Of a stretch of 64,000 nt of DNA, positions 26,101 to 41,083 are shown one piece after another (the stretch's first letter is position 1; each line of letters starts with the position of its first letter). This DNA comes from Nemertoderma westbladi (Eukaryota > Animalia > Xenacoelomorpha). The notes under the pieces are model-generated. The model saw only the letters and a list, made by a program, of their open reading frames with translations. It was not told the DNA's origin and ran no database searches. The stretch is from positions 18,665 through 82,664 of the forward strand of contig JAUCBJ010008979.1 of assembly GCA_032718475.1 (NCBI GenBank), written 5' to 3'. Made by a program: the position numbers and the translations under genes.

Positions 26101-29100
26101 AAACATAAGGAGAGCCAAGCAAGAAATGAGAATTACCGAGAAAAGTGAAAGAAACATACGGAGAGCCAAGCAAGAAATTAGAATTACCGAGAAACGTGAA
26201 AGAAACATACAGAGCCAAGCAAGACACGGGAATTACCGAGAAACGTGAAAGAAACATACGGAGAGCCAAGCAAGAAATTAGAATTACCGAGAAACGTGAA
26301 AGAAACATACAGAGCCAAGCAAGACACGGGAATTACCGAGAAACGTGAAAGAAACATACGGAGAGCCAAGCAAGAAATAAGAATTACCGAGAAAAGTGAA
26401 AGAAACATACGGAGAGCCAAGCAAGAAATTAGAATTACCGAGAAACGTGAAAGAAACATACAGAGCCAAGCAAGACACGGGAATTACCGAGAAACGTGAA
26501 AGAAACATACGGAGAGCCAAGCAAGAAATTAGAATTACCGAGAAACGTGAAAGAAACATACAGAGCCAAGCAAGACACGGGAATTACCGAGAAACGTGAA
26601 AGAAACATACGGAGAGCCAAGCAAGAAATAAGAATTACCGAGAAACGTGAAAGAAACATACAGAGCCAAGCAAGACACGGGAATTACCGAGAAACGTGAA
26701 AGAAACATACGGAGAGCCAAGCAAGAAATTAGAATTACCGAGAAACGTGAAAGAAACATACAGAGCCAAGCAAGACACGGGAATTACCGAGAAACGTGAA
26801 AGAAACATACGGAGAGCCAAGCAAGAAATGAGAATTACCGAGAAAAGTGAAAGAAACATACGGAGAGCCAAGCAAGAAATGAGAATTACCGAGAAAAGTG
26901 AAAGAAACATACGGAGAGACAAGCAAGAAATAAGAATTACCGAGAAACGTGAAAGAAACATACAGAGCCAAGCAAGACACGGGAATTACCGAGAAACGTG
27001 AAAGAAACATACGGAGAGCCAAGCAAGAAATTAGAATTACCGAGAAACGTGAAAGAAACATACAGAGCCAAGCAAGACACGGGAATTACCGAGAAACGTG
27101 AAAGAAACATACGGAGAGCCAAGCAAGAAATTAGAATTACCGAGAAACGTGAAAGAAACATACGGAGAGCCAAGCAAGAAATAAGAATTACCGAGAAACG
27201 TGAAAGAAACATACGGAGAGCCAAGCAAGAAATTAGAATTACCGAGAAACGTGAAAGAAACATACAGAGCCAAGCAAGAAATAAGAATTACCGAGAAACG
27301 TGAAAGAAACATACGGAGAGCCAAGCAAGAAATAAGAATTACCGAGAAAAGTGAAAGAAACATACGGAGAGCCAAGCAAGAAATTAGAATTACCGAGAAA
27401 CGTGAAAGAAACATACGGAGAGCCAAGCAAGAAATAAGAATTACCGAGAAAAGTGAAAGAAACATACGGAGAGCCAAGCAAGAAATGAGAAATACCGAGA
27501 AAAGTGAAAGAAACATACGGAGAGCCAAGCAAGAAATAAGAATTACCGAGAAAAGTGAAAGAAACATACGGAGAGCCAAGCAAGAAATTAGAATTACCGA
27601 GAAAAGTGAAAGAAACATACGGAGAGCCAAGCAAGAAATTAGAATTACCGAGAAACGTGAAAGAAACATACAGAGCCAAGCAAGACACGGGAATTACCGA
27701 GAAACGTGAAAGAAACATACGGAGAGCCAAGCAAGAAATTAGAATTACCGAGAAACGTGAAAGAAACATACGGAGAGCCAAGCAAGAAATAAGAATTACC
27801 GAGAAAAGTGAAAGAAACATACGGAGAGCCAAGCAAGAAATGAGAAATACCGAGAAAAGTGAAAGAAACATACGGAGAGCCAAGCAAGAAATAAGAATTA
27901 CCGAGAAAAGTGAAAGAAACATACGGAGAGCCAAGCAAGAAATTAGAATTACCAAGAAATATGAAAGAAACATACGGAGAGCCAAGCAAGAAATGAGAAT
28001 TACCGAGAAAAGTGAAAGAAACATACGGAGAGCCAAGCAAGAAATTAGAATTACCGAGAAACGTGAAAGAAACATACGGAGAGCCAAGCAAGAAATAAGA
28101 ATTACCGAGAAACGTGAAAGAAACATACGGAGAGCCAAGCAAGAAATTAGAATTACCGAGAAAAGTGAAAGAAACATACGGAGAGCCAAGCAAGAAATTA
28201 GAATTACCGAGAAACGTGAAAGAAACATACAGAGCCAAGCAAGACACGGGAATTACCGAGAAACGTGAAAGAAACATACGGAGAGCCAAGCAAGAAATTA
28301 GAATTACCGAGAAACGTGAAAGAAACATACGGAGAGCCAAGCAAGAAATAAGAATTACCGAGAAAAGTGAAAGAAACATACGGAGAGCCAAGCAAGAAAT
28401 AAGAATTACCAAGAAACGTGAAAGAAACATACGGAGAGCCAAGCAAGAAATGAGAATTACCAAGAAACGTGAAAGAAACATACGGAGAGCCAAGCAAGAA
28501 ATAAGAATTACCGAGAAAAGTGAAAGAAACATACGGAGAGCCAAGCAAGAAATTAGAATTACCGAGAAACGTGAAAGAAACATACGGAGAGCCAAGCAAG
28601 AAATAAGAATTACCAAGAAACGTGAAAGAAACATACGGAGAGCCAAGCAAGAAATAAGAATTACCGAGAAAAGTGAAAGAAACATACGGAGAGCCAAGCA
28701 AGAAATTAGAATTACCGAGAAACGTGAAAGAAACATACGGAGAGCCAAGCAAGAAATAAGAATTACCGAGAAAAGTGAAAGAAACATACGGAGAGCCAAG
28801 CAAGAAATGAGAAATACCGAGAAAAGTGAAAGAAACATACGGAGAGCCAAGCAAGAAATTAGAATTACCGAGAAACGTGAAAGAAACATACGGAGAGCCA
28901 AGCAAGAAATAAGAATTACCGAGAAAAGTGAAAGAAACATACGGAGAGACAAGCAAGAAATAAGAATTACCGAGAAAAGTGAAAGAAACATACGGAGAGC
29001 CAAGCAAGAAATAAGAATTACCGAGAAAAGTGAAAGAAACATACGGAGAGCCAAGCAAGAAATAAGAATTACCGAGAAAAGTGAAAGAAACATACGGAGA

Positions 29101-32100
29101 GCCACGCAAGAAATGAGAATTACAAAGAAACATGAAAGAAACATACGGAGAGCCAAGCAAGAAATGAGAAATACCGAGAAAAGTGAAAGAAACATACGGA
29201 GAGCCAAGCAAGAAATTAGAATTACCGAGAAACGTGAAAGAAACATACGGAGAGCCAAGCAAGAAATAAGAATTACCGAGAAAAGTGAAAGAAACATACG
29301 GAGAGACAAGCAAGAAATAAGAATTACCGAGAAAAGTGAAAGAAACATACGGAGAGCCAAGCAAGAAATAAGAATTACCGAGAAAAGTGAAAGAAACATA
29401 CGGAGAGACAAGCAAGAAATAAGAATTACCGAGAAAAGTGAAAGAAACATACGGAGAGCCAAGCAAGAAATTAGAATTACCGAGAAACGTGAAAGAAACA
29501 TACGGAGAGCCAAGCAAGAAATAAGAATTACCGAGAAAAGTGAAAGAAACATACGGAGAGCCAAGCAAGAAATGAGAAATACCGAGAAAAGTGAAAGAAA
29601 CATACGGAGAGCCAAGCAAGAAATTAGAATTACCGAGAAACGTGAAAGAAACATACGGAGAGCCAAGCAAGAAATAAGAATTACCGAGAAAAGTGAAAGA
29701 AACATACGGAGAGACAAGCAAGAAATAAGAATTACCGAGAAAAGTGAAAGAAACATACGGAGAGCCAAGCAAGAAATAAGAATTACCGAGAAAAGTGAAA
29801 GAAACATACGGAGAGACAAGCAAGAAATGAGAATTACCGAGAAAAGTGAAAGAAACATACGGAGAGCCAAGCAAGAAATAAGAATTACCGAGAAAAGTGA
29901 AAGAAACATACGAAGAGCCAAGCAAGAAATGAAAATTACCAAGAAACATGAAAGAAACATACGGAGAGCCAAGCAAGAAATGAAAATTACCAAGAAACGT
30001 GAAAGAAACATAAGGAGAGCCAAGCAAGAAATGAAAATTACCGAGAAAAGTGAAAGAAACATACGGAGAGCCAAGCAAGAAATTAGAATTACCGAGAAAC
30101 GTGAAAGAAACATACAGAGCCAAGCAAGACACGGGAATTACCGAGAAACGTGAAAGAAACATACGGAGAGCCAAGCAAAAAATGAGAATTACCAAGAAAC
30201 GTGAAAGAAACATAAGGAGACCCAAGCAAGAAATGAGAATTACCGAGAAAAGTGAAAGAAACATACGGAGAGCCAAGCAAGAAATTAGAATTACCGAGAA
30301 ACGTGAAAGAAACATACAGAGCCAAGCAAGACACGGGAATTACCGAGAAACGTGAAAGAAACATACGGAGAGCCAAGCAAGAAATTAGAATTACCGAGAA
30401 ACGTGAAAGAAACATACAGAGCCAAGCAAGACACGGGAATTACCGAGAAACGTGAAAGAAACATACGGAGAGCCAAGCAAGAAATAAGAATTACCGAGAA
30501 AAGTGAAAGAAACATACGGAGAGCCAAGCAAGAAATTAGAATTACCGAGAAACGTGAAAGAAACATACAGAGCCAAGCAAGACACGGGAATTACCGAGAA
30601 ACGTGAAAGAAACATACGGAGAGCCAAGCAAGAAATTAGAATTACCGAGAAACGTGAAAGAAACATACAGAGCCAAGCAAGACACGGGAATTACCGAGAA
30701 ACGTGAAAGAAACATACGGAGAGCCAAGCAAGAAATAAGAATTACCGAGAAACGTGAAAGAAACATACAGAGCCAAGCAAGACACGGGAATTACCGAGAA
30801 ACGTGAAAGAAACATACGGAGAGCCAAGCAAGAAATTAGAATTACCGAGAAACGTGAAAGAAACATACAGAGCCAAGCAAGACACGGGAATTACCGAGAA
30901 ACGTGAAAGAAACATACGGAGAGCCAAGCAAGAAATGAGAATTACCGAGAAAAGTGAAAGAAACATACGGAGAGCCAAGCAAGAAATGAGAATTACCGAG
31001 AAAAGTGAAAGAAACATACGGAGAGACAAGCAAGAAATAAGAATTACCGAGAAACGTGAAAGAAACATACAGAGCCAAGCAAGACACGGGAATTACCGAG
31101 AAACGTGAAAGAAACATACGGAGAGCCAAGCAAGAAATTAGAATTACCGAGAAACGTGAAAGAAACATACAGAGCCAAGCAAGACACGGGAATTACCGAG
31201 AAACGTGAAAGAAACATACGGAGAGCCAAGCAAGAAATTAGAATTACCGAGAAACGTGAAAGAAACATACGGAGAGCCAAGCAAGAAATAAGAATTACCG
31301 AGAAACGTGAAAGAAACATACGGAGAGCCAAGCAAGAAATAAGAATTACCGAGAAAAGTGAAAGAAACATACGGAGAGCCAAGCAAGAAATTAGAATTAC
31401 CGAGAAACGTGAAAGAAACATACAGAGCCAAGCAAGAAATTAGAATTACCGAGAAACGTGAAAGAAACATACGGAGAGCCAAGCAAGAAATAAGAATTAC
31501 CGAGAAACGTGAAAGAAACATACGGAGAGCCAAGCAAGAAATTAGAATTACCGAGAAACGTGAAAGAAACATACGGAGAGCCAAGCAAGAAATTAGAATT
31601 ACCGAGAAACGTGAAAGAAACATACGGAGAGCCAAGCAAGAAATTAGAATTACCGAGAAACGTGAAAGAAACATACAGAGCCAAGCAAGACACGGGAATT
31701 ACCGAGAAACGTGAAAGAAACTTATGGAGAGCCAAGCAAGAAATAAGAATTACCAAGAAAAGTGAAAGAAACATACGGAGAGCCAAGCGAGAAATGAGAA
31801 TTACCAAGAAACGTGAAAGAAACATACGGAGAGCCAAGCAAGAAATTAGAATTACCGAGAAAAGTGAAAGAAACATACGGAGAGTCAAGCAAGTCACGGA
31901 AATTACCGAGAAACGTGAAAGAAACATACGGAGAGCCAAGCAAGAAATGAGAAATACCGAGAAACGTGAAAGAAACATACAGAGCCAAGCAAGAAATTAG
32001 AATTACCGAGAAACGTGAAAGAAACATACAGAGCCAAGCAAGACACGGGAATTACCGAGAAACGTGAAAGAAACTTACGGAGAGCCAAGCAAGAAATAAG

Positions 32101-33865
32101 AATTACCGAGAAACGTGAAAGAAACATACGGAGAGCCAAGCAAGAAATTAGAATTACCGAGAAACGTGAAAGAAACATACGGAGAGCCAAGCAAGAAATT
32201 AGAATTACCGAGAAACGTGAAAGAAACATACAGAGCCAAGCAAGACACGGGAATTACCGAGAAACGTGAAAGAAACTTATGGAGAGCCAAGCAAGAAATA
32301 AGAATTACCAAGAAAAGTGAAAGAAACATACGGAGAGCCAAGCGAGAAATGAGAATTACCAAGAAACGTGAAAGAAACATACGGAGAGCCAAGCAAGAAA
32401 TTAGAATTACCGAGAAAAGTGAAAGAAACATACGGAGAGTCAAGCAAGTCACGGAAATTACCGAGAAACGTGAAAGAAACATACGGAGAGCCAAGCAAGA
32501 AATGAGAAATACCGAGAAACGTGAAAGAAACATACAGAGCCAAGCAAGAAATGAGAATTACCGAGAAAAGTGAAAGAAACATATGGAGAGCCAAACAAGA
32601 AATGAGAATTATCGAGAAAAGTGAAAGAAACATACGGAGAGCCAAGCAAGAAATGAGAATTACCGAGAAAAGTGAAAGAAACATATGGAGAGCCAAACAA
32701 GAAATGAGAATTACCAAGAAACGTGAAAGAAACATAAGGAGAGCCAAGCAAGAAATGAGAATTACCGAGAAAAGTGAAAGAAACATACGGAGATACAAGC
32801 AAGAAATGAGAATTACCAAGAAACGTGAAAGAAACATACGGAGAGCCAAGCAAGAAATGAGAATTACCAAGAAAGGTGAAAGAAACATACGGAGAGACAA
32901 GCAAGAAATGATAATTACCGAGAAACGTGAAAGAAACATAAGGAGAGCCAAGCAAGAAATGAGAATTACCGAGAAAAGTGAAAGAAACATACGGAGAGCC
33001 AAGCAAGAAATGAGAAATACCAAGAAACGTGAAAGATACATACGGAGAGACAAGCAAGAAATGAGAATTACCAAGAAACGTGAAAGAAACATAAGGAGAG
33101 CCAAGCAAGAAATGAGAATTACCGAGAAAAGTGAAAGAAACATACGGAGATACAAGCAAGAAATGAGAATTACCAAGAAACGTGTAAGAAACATACGGAG
33201 AGCCAAGCAAGAAATGAGAATTACCAAGAAAGGTGAAAGAAACATACGGAGAGACAAGCAAGAAATGATAATTACCGAGAAACGTGAAAGAAACATAAGG
33301 AGAGCCAAGCAAGAAATGAGAATTACCAAGAAACGTGAAAGAAACATACGGAGAGCCAAACAAGAAATGAGAATTACCAAGAAACGTGAAAGAAACATAC
33401 GGAGAGCCTAGCAAGAAATGAGAATTACCGAGAAAAGTGAAAGAAACATACGGAGATACAAGCAAGAAATGAGAATTACCAAGAAACGTGAAAGAAACAT
33501 ACGGAGAGCCAAGCAAGAAATGAGAATTACCAAGAAAGGTGAAAGAAACATACGGAGAGACAAGCAAGAAATGATAATTACCGAGAAATGTGAAAGAAAC
33601 ATAAGGAGAGCCAAGCAAGAAATGAGAATTACCAAGAAACGTGAAAGAAACATACGGAGAGCCAAACAAGAAATGAGAATTACCAAGAAACGTGAAAGAA
33701 ACATACGGAGAGCCTAGCAAGAAATGAGAATTACCGAGAAAAGTGAAAGAAACATACGGAGATACAAGCAAGAAATGAGAATTACCAAGAAACGTGAAAG
33801 AAACATACGGAGAGCCAAGCAAGAAATGAGAATTACCAAGAAAGGTGAAAGAAACATACGGAGAG
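8192..33865. repeat. 51-bp minisatellite, left block (about 500 units by length, many 49-bp variants)
   Basis: Consensus GAAAGAAACATACGGAGAGCCAAGCAAGAAATGAGAATTACCGAGAAACGT; variant with 2-bp deletion (ATACAGAGCC) gives 100-bp dimers. Confidence 0.99.
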
Positions 33866-36023
33866 TGTTACGGTATATGGCGCTGTATCCACAGTATTAG
33901 TCCATTATGCAGTATGCAATATTAGTCCGTTATACTGTATGTAATATTAGTCCGTTGTGCAGCATGATATTTTAGATAAGGCATAATAACGCAGTGGTAT
34001 TTAGGTAAGGAAGTTAAAACGCCCATATATTTTGCATCCATTCATTTTGTATAGTATGTAGCTCTACCTACGTAATTTTGTATTAGGTTATATGTAGATA
34101 GTTCCAGGGTAAGTTTATTCGGACCCTGGATTCCGTGCTTGCTGATATTAGCTTTAGTAGGGCTAGCATATAGGGACGCTGTCCTGGCCATTCAGCAGCC
34201 AGAGACGTGAACCATTACCATATATGGTAATAATTCGAGGAAAGGGAGCAAATAGGACTACAATCCGGCCTCCTTATTGGACTAGCTGCTTCCAGGTTGG
34301 TCTAGTGCTAGCACGGACTGGAGAGCCAATAAGAAAGCGATTGAGTCACCCTATTGCATCATCCCATCCGGATCACCTATAAATTGGCGGTGTGCCGGTA
34401 GAGCCTGTTATCAATCTGTTCAACCTGTTTTACTCTTCTTCAATCTGTCACATGATACACCCTTGTTACAATTTACTTGCTGAGCTGTCTCTAATTTTGT
34501 ATTTTTCTGCAATTTGCTAATTTTGATTAATTTCTTGGAATGATTTGCTAGTGCGATTACTTTGCTTGTGTTTCTCAATAATTCCTTCGATTACTGCAAA
34601 TTACAATCGAACTATGATTTCTACCTTTGATTGATGGTTCTATGTGATTCTTTTCTGCGCAATAATCCCAAGGGATTCCTGAAACTGTCAGACTTTGTGA
34701 TTTGCATGCGCCGCTACGGTAGCTATTAGCGTAATGGAGGGCTAAGGTGCCAGTGGGCGGTGGGCGCATCGGGGGGTTGGGCGACTAGGAGAGAGCGGAG
34801 GATTCAAGGCGGGCAACGCTGGCTAGGGTCACCGTTGCGGGCGGGTAACTTGCACTGCGGCACGCAGACCGATCGCCGGTACAGCAAATTAGGGGGCTGA
34901 TGATCCAGGTTTTGTCTCTATTTAGTATTAGGGGGCAGGAATTGGGTTAGTTAGGAATCCTAGATGTACCCGGGAGAGGCCTGCGCGTATTAAAACGTTG
35001 AGTGTGGAGTACGAGTAGTGAATTGCACAATTGTAAACTGTGATTTCTAACGCTGATTGGTGTGTTATTGAAGTGTGCCTAAGATTACGAATGCTTAGAT
35101 AGGCGCTCTTTTCCTTTGATTGATTTCTATTTCTTAGTTACAATAATTAGTTATTGATTAGGTCAAAGTAATACGGCAAATTAGGCTATTACTAGCGAAA
35201 CCTGTTGCGTGATAAATTAGAATTACGTATTCTGGAACTCTTAGTAATTAGTACGCTGTTAAATATTTGTGACTGTAATTAATTAGTAAAAAATTAAGAA
35301 TTAGTACGCAGCATAGCGGAGAGTAGCTAAGGTAATAATTAGTGTACTGTAAACTATTCACGCTGAGCGGTTATTTGCATTAGCGGACAATCAGCTAGAA
35401 CGCACTATTCGGTACGCACGATACGCTAGTAATTTTGCTGGCCTAAAGCCAGTCGCGGGCAGTTTTAGACCCGGAGTGGTATTATCCACGTAGAAACAGA
35501 TACTGTACCATTTTGATATTTTAAATATTCTCGCATTCACACATTACGTTAGGGAACCTCCAGTATTCGCGATTAGAAAGACGTAGGTAATAGCGTGCTT
35601 TAATAATGATAAAATTAGGCGTAAGAATACTCTGAGTGCAAGGCCTCTCGCACTCGTCTTAAGTAAGCTTAGGGAGCCGACTCGGGTTTATTGTTTTGGT
35701 TATTCCCGCGTGGCTCATAGATTCGAACAGTTAGCTCTCTATCGAGCGATCGGTAGAGAAAGGAACAAGCGATTTTGCAGGAGTAGTGTAAAATTAGTAA
35801 AATATATTAGTGGACGGCAGATTAGCGCCATCTAACGGTAAGTAGCGGTTTTGTATTTAGCAACCCTTACAATTTAGTAATAGCACGCTCCTGATCCCCT
35901 TTACTTAACAGTAGAGCAGTCTTTGTGTCTTATTGGTTAGACGAGAACTTATTAGGTTGGTAGAAGGATTATTGGTCTGTTCAACAGTTCTGCTGTTAGT
36001 ATAGAGGTCGCGGTTGTTTATCA
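33866..36023. mobile_element. 2158-bp solo-LTR-like insertion within the minisatellite
   Basis: TGTTA...TATCA termini; 5-bp TSD GAGAG (33861-33865 / 36024-36028) restores one repeat unit; no long ORF; CCAAT and TATAAAT near 34325-34385. Confidence 0.8.
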
Positions 36024-39000
36024 GAGAGACAAGCAAGAAATGATAATTACCGAGAAACGTGAAAGAAACATAAGGAGAGCCAAGCAAGAAATGAGAATTA
36101 CCAAGAAACGTGAAAGAAACATACGGAGAGCCAAACAAGAAATGAGAATTACCAAGAAACGTGAAAGAAACATACGGAGAGCCTAGCAAGAAATGAGAAT
36201 TACCGAGAAAAGTGAAAGAAACATACGGAGATACAAGCAAGAAATTAGAATTACCAAGAAACGTGAAAGAAACATACGGAGAGCCAAGCAAGAAATGAGA
36301 ATTACCAAGAAAGGTGAAAGAAACATACGGAGAGACAAGCAAGAAATGATAATTACCGAGAAACGTGAAAGAAACATAAGGAGAGCCAAGCAAGAAATGA
36401 GAATTAACGAGAAAAGTGAAAGAAACATACGGAGAGCCTAGCAAGAAATGAGAATTACCGAGAAAAGTGAAAAAACATACGGAGATACAAGCAAGAAATG
36501 AGAATTATCAAGAAACGTGAAAGAATCATACGGAGAGCCAAGCAAGAAATGAGAATTACCAAGAAAGGTGAAAGAAACATACGGAGAGACAAGCAAGAAA
36601 TGATAATTACCGAGAAACGTGAAAGAAACATACGGAGAGCCAAGCAAGAAATGAGAATTACCAAGAAAGGTGAAAGAAACATACGGAGAGACAAGCAAGA
36701 AATGATAATTACCGAGAAACGTGAAAGAAACATAAGGAGAGCCAAGCAAGAAATGAGAATTACCAAGAAAGGTGAAAGAAACATACGGAGAGACAAGCAA
36801 GAAATGATAATTACCGAGAAACGTGAAAGAAACATAAGGAGAGCCAAGCAAGAAATGAGAATTACCGAGAAAAGTGAAAGAAACATACGGAGATACAAGC
36901 AAGAAATGAGAATTACCAAGAAACGGGAAAGAAACATACGGAGAGCCAAGCAAGAAATGAGAATTACCAAGAAAGGTGAAAGAAACATACGGAGAGACAA
37001 GCAAGAAATGATAATTACCGAGAAACCTGAAAGAAACATAAGGAGAGCCAAGCAAGAAATGAGAATTACCGAGAAAAGTGAAAGAAACATACGGAGAGCC
37101 AAGCAAGAAATGAGAATTACCAAGAAACGTGAAAGAAACATACGGAGAGCCAAACAAGAAATGAGAATTACCAAGAAACGTGAAAGAAACATACGGAGAG
37201 CCTAGCAAGAAATGAGAATTACCGAGAAAAGTGAAATAAACATACGGAGATACAAGCAAGAAATGAGAATTACCAAGAAACGTGAAAGATACATACGGAG
37301 AGACAAGCAAGAAATGAGAATTACCAAGAAACGTGAAAGATACATACGGAGAGACAAGCAAGAAATGAGAATTACCGAGAAAAGTTAAAGAAACGTACGG
37401 AGAGCCAAGCAAAAAATGAGAATTACCAAGAAACGTGAAAGAAACATACGGAGAGCCAAACAAGAAATGAGAATTACCAAGAAACGTGAAAGAAACATAC
37501 GGAGAGCCTAGCAAGAAATGAGAATTACCGAGAAAAGTGAAATAAACATACGGAGATACAAGCAAGAAATGAGAATTACCAAGAAACGTGAAAGAAACAT
37601 ACGGAGAGACAAGCAAAAAATGAGAATTACCAAGAAACGTGAAAGAAACATACGGAGAGCCAAACAAGAAATGAGAATTACCAAGAAACGTGAAAGAAAC
37701 ATACGGAGAGCCTAGCAAGAAATGAGAATTACCGAGAAAAGTGAAATAAACATACGGAGATACAAGCAAGAAATGAGAATTACCAAGAAACGTGAAAGAA
37801 ACATACGGAGAGACAAGCAAGAAATGAGAATTACCGAGAAAAGTGAAAGAAACGTACGGAGAGCCAAGCAAAAAATGAGAATTACCAAGAAACGTGAAAG
37901 AAACATACGGAGAGCCAAACAAGAAATGAGAATTACCAAGAAACGTGAAAGAAACATACGGAGAGCCTAGCAAGAAATGAGAATTACCGAGAAAAGTGAA
38001 ATAAACATACGGAGAGACAAGCAAGAAATAAGAATTACCAAGAAACGTGAAAGATACATACGGAGAGACAAGCAAGAAATGAGAATTACCGAGAAAAGTG
38101 AAAGAAACGTACGGAGAGCCAAGCAAAAAATGAGAATTACCAAGAAACGTGAAAGAAACATACGGAGAGCCAAACAAGAAATGAGAATTACCAAGAAAGG
38201 TGAAAGAAACATACGGAGAGCCTAGCAAGAAATGAGAATTACCGAGAAAAGTGAAATAAACATACGGAGATACAAGCAAGAAATGAGAATTACCAAGAAA
38301 CGTGAAAGAAACATACGGAGAGACAAGCAAGAAATGAGAATTACCGAGAAACGTGAAAGAAACATACCATACGGAGAGACAAGCAAGAAATGATAATTAC
38401 CAAGAAACGTGAAATAAACATACGGAGAGACAAGCAAGAAATAAGAATTACCAAGAAACGTGAAAGATACATACGGAGAGACAAGCAAGAAATGAGAATT
38501 ACCGAGAAAAGTGAAAGAAACGTACGGAGAGCCAAGCAAAAAATGAGAATTACCAAGAAACGTGAAAGAAACATACGGAGAGCCAAACAAGAAATGAGAA
38601 TTACCAAGAAACGTGAAAGAAACATACGGAGAGCCAAGCAAGAAATGAGAATTACCGAGAAAAGTGAAATAAACATACGGAGATACAAGCAAGAAATGAG
38701 AATTACCAAGAAACGTGAAAGAAACATACGGAGAGACAAGCAAGAAATGAGAATTACCGAGAAACGTGAAAGAAACATACCATACGGAGAGACAAGCAAG
38801 AAATGATAATTACCGAGAAACGTGAAAGAAACATACGGAGAGCCTAGCAAGAAATGAGAATTACCGAGAAAAGTGAAATAAACATACGGAGATACAAGCA
38901 AGAAATGAGAATTACCAAGAAACGTGAAAGAAACATACGGAGAGACAAGCAAGAAATGAGAATTACCGAGAAACGTGAAAGAAACATACCATACGGAGAG

Positions 39001-41076
39001 ACAAGCAAGAAATGATAATTACCGAGAAACGTGAAAGAAACATAAGGAGAGCCAAGCAAGAAATGAGAATTACCGAGAAAAGTGAAAGAAACATACGGAG
39101 ATACAAGCAAGAAATGAGAATTACCAAGAAACGTGAAAGAAACATACGGAGAGCCAAGCAAGAAATGAGAATTACCAAGAAAGGTGAAAGAAACATACGG
39201 AGAGACAAGCAAGAAATGATAATTACCGAGAAACGTGAAAGAAACATAAGGAGAGCCAAGCAAGAAATGAGAATTACCGAGAAAAGTGAAAGAAACATAC
39301 GGAGAGCCAAGCAAGAAATGAGAAATACCAAGAAACGTGAAAGATACATACGGAGAGACAAGCAAGAAATGAGAATTACCGAGAAAAGTGAAAGAAACGT
39401 ACGGAGAGCCAAGCAAAAAATGAGAATTACCAAGAAACGTGAAAGAAACATACGGAGAGCCAAACAAGAAATGAGAATTACCAAGAAACGTGAAAGAAAC
39501 ATACGGAGAGCCTAGCAAGAAATGAGAATTACCGAGAAAAGTGAAAGAAACATACGGAGATACAAGCAAGAAATGAGAATTACCAAGAAACGTGAAAGAA
39601 ACATACGGAGAGCCAAGCAAGAAATGAGAATTACCAAGAAAGGTGAAAGAAACATACGGAGAGACAAGCAAGAAATGATAATTACCGAGAAACGTGAAAG
39701 AAACATAAGGAGAGCCAAGCAAGAAATGAGAATTACCGAGTAAAGTGAAAGAAACATACGGAGAGCCAAGCAAGAAATGAGAATTACCAAGAAAGGTGAA
39801 AGAAACATACGGAGAGACAAGCAAGAAATGATAATTACCGAGAAACGTGAAAGAAACATAAGGAGAGCCAAGCAAGAAATGAGAATTACCGAGAAAAGTG
39901 AAAGAAACATACGGAGAGCCAAGCAAGAAATGAGAATTACCAAGAAAGGTGAAAGAAACATACGGAGAGACAAGCAAGAAATGATAATTACCAAGAAACA
40001 TGAAAGAAACATACGGAGAGCCAAGCAAGAAATGAGAATTACCAAGAAAGGTGAAAGAAACATACGGAGAGACAAGCAAGAAATGAGAATTACCAAGAAA
40101 CGTGAAAGAAACATACGGAGAGCCAAACAAGAAATGAGAATTACCAAGAAACGTGAAAGAAACATAAGGAGAGCCAAGCAAGAAATGAGAATTACCGAGT
40201 AAAGTGAAAGAAACATACGGAGAGCCAAGCAAGAAATGAGAATTACCAAGAAAGGTGAAAGAAACATACGGAGAGACAAGCAAGAAATGATAATTACCAA
40301 GAAACATGAAAGAAACATACGGAGAGCCAAGCAAGAAATGAGAATTACCAAGAAAGGTGAAAGAAACATACGGAGAGACAAGCAAGAAATGAGAATTACC
40401 AAGAAACGTGAAAGAAACATACGGAGAGCCAAACAAGAAATGAGAATTACCAAGAAACGTGAAAGAAACATACGGAGAGCCTGGCAAGAAATGAGAATTA
40501 CCGAGAAAAGTGAAAGAAACATACGGAGATACAAGCAAGAAATGAGAATTACCAAGAAACGTGAAAGAAACATACGGAGAGCCAAACAAGAAATGAGAAT
40601 TACCAAGAAACGTGAAAGAAACATACGGAGAGCCTAGCAAGAAATGAGAATTACCGAGAAAAGTGAAAGAAACATACGGAGATACAAGCAAGAAATGAGA
40701 ATTACCAAGAAACGTGAAAGAAACATACGGAGAGCCAAGCAAGAAATGAGAATTACCAAGAAAGGTGAAAGAAACATACGGAGAGACAAGCAAGAAATGA
40801 TAATTACCGAGAAACGTGAAAGAAACATAAGGAGAGCCAAGCAAGAAATGAGAATTACCGAGAAAAGTGAAAGAAACATACGGAGAGCCAAGCAAGAAAT
40901 GAGAAATACCAAGAAACGTGAAAGATACATACGGAGAGACAAGCAAGAAATGAGAATTACCGAGAAAAGTGAAAGAAACATACGGAGAGCCAAGCAAGAA
41001 ATTAGAATTACCAAGAAACGTGAAAGAAACATACGGAGAGCCAAGCAAGAAATGAGAAATACCAAGAAACGTGAAA
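36024..41076. repeat. 51-bp minisatellite, right block (about 100 units)
   Basis: Same unit with GCCTAG, AAAGGT, ATGATA variants and a few 56-bp units (extra CATAC). Confidence 0.99.
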
Positions 41077-41078
41077 TG

Positions 41079-41083
41079 TTAGT
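41079..41083 (-). CDS. Probable coding part of terminal exon of the WxxW-domain gene (completes Asp codon, then TAA)
   Basis: Minus-strand acceptor aaatttaatttcaacag|AC TAA lies 173 bp after the donor at 41256; phase 1 gives ...RFCCP-D-stop. Confidence 0.45.

Noticed and set aside
8192-41076. CRISPR-like or information-storing array
   Set aside because: No unique spacers; only a small set of point variants propagated by block duplication; eukaryotic context with no cas genes
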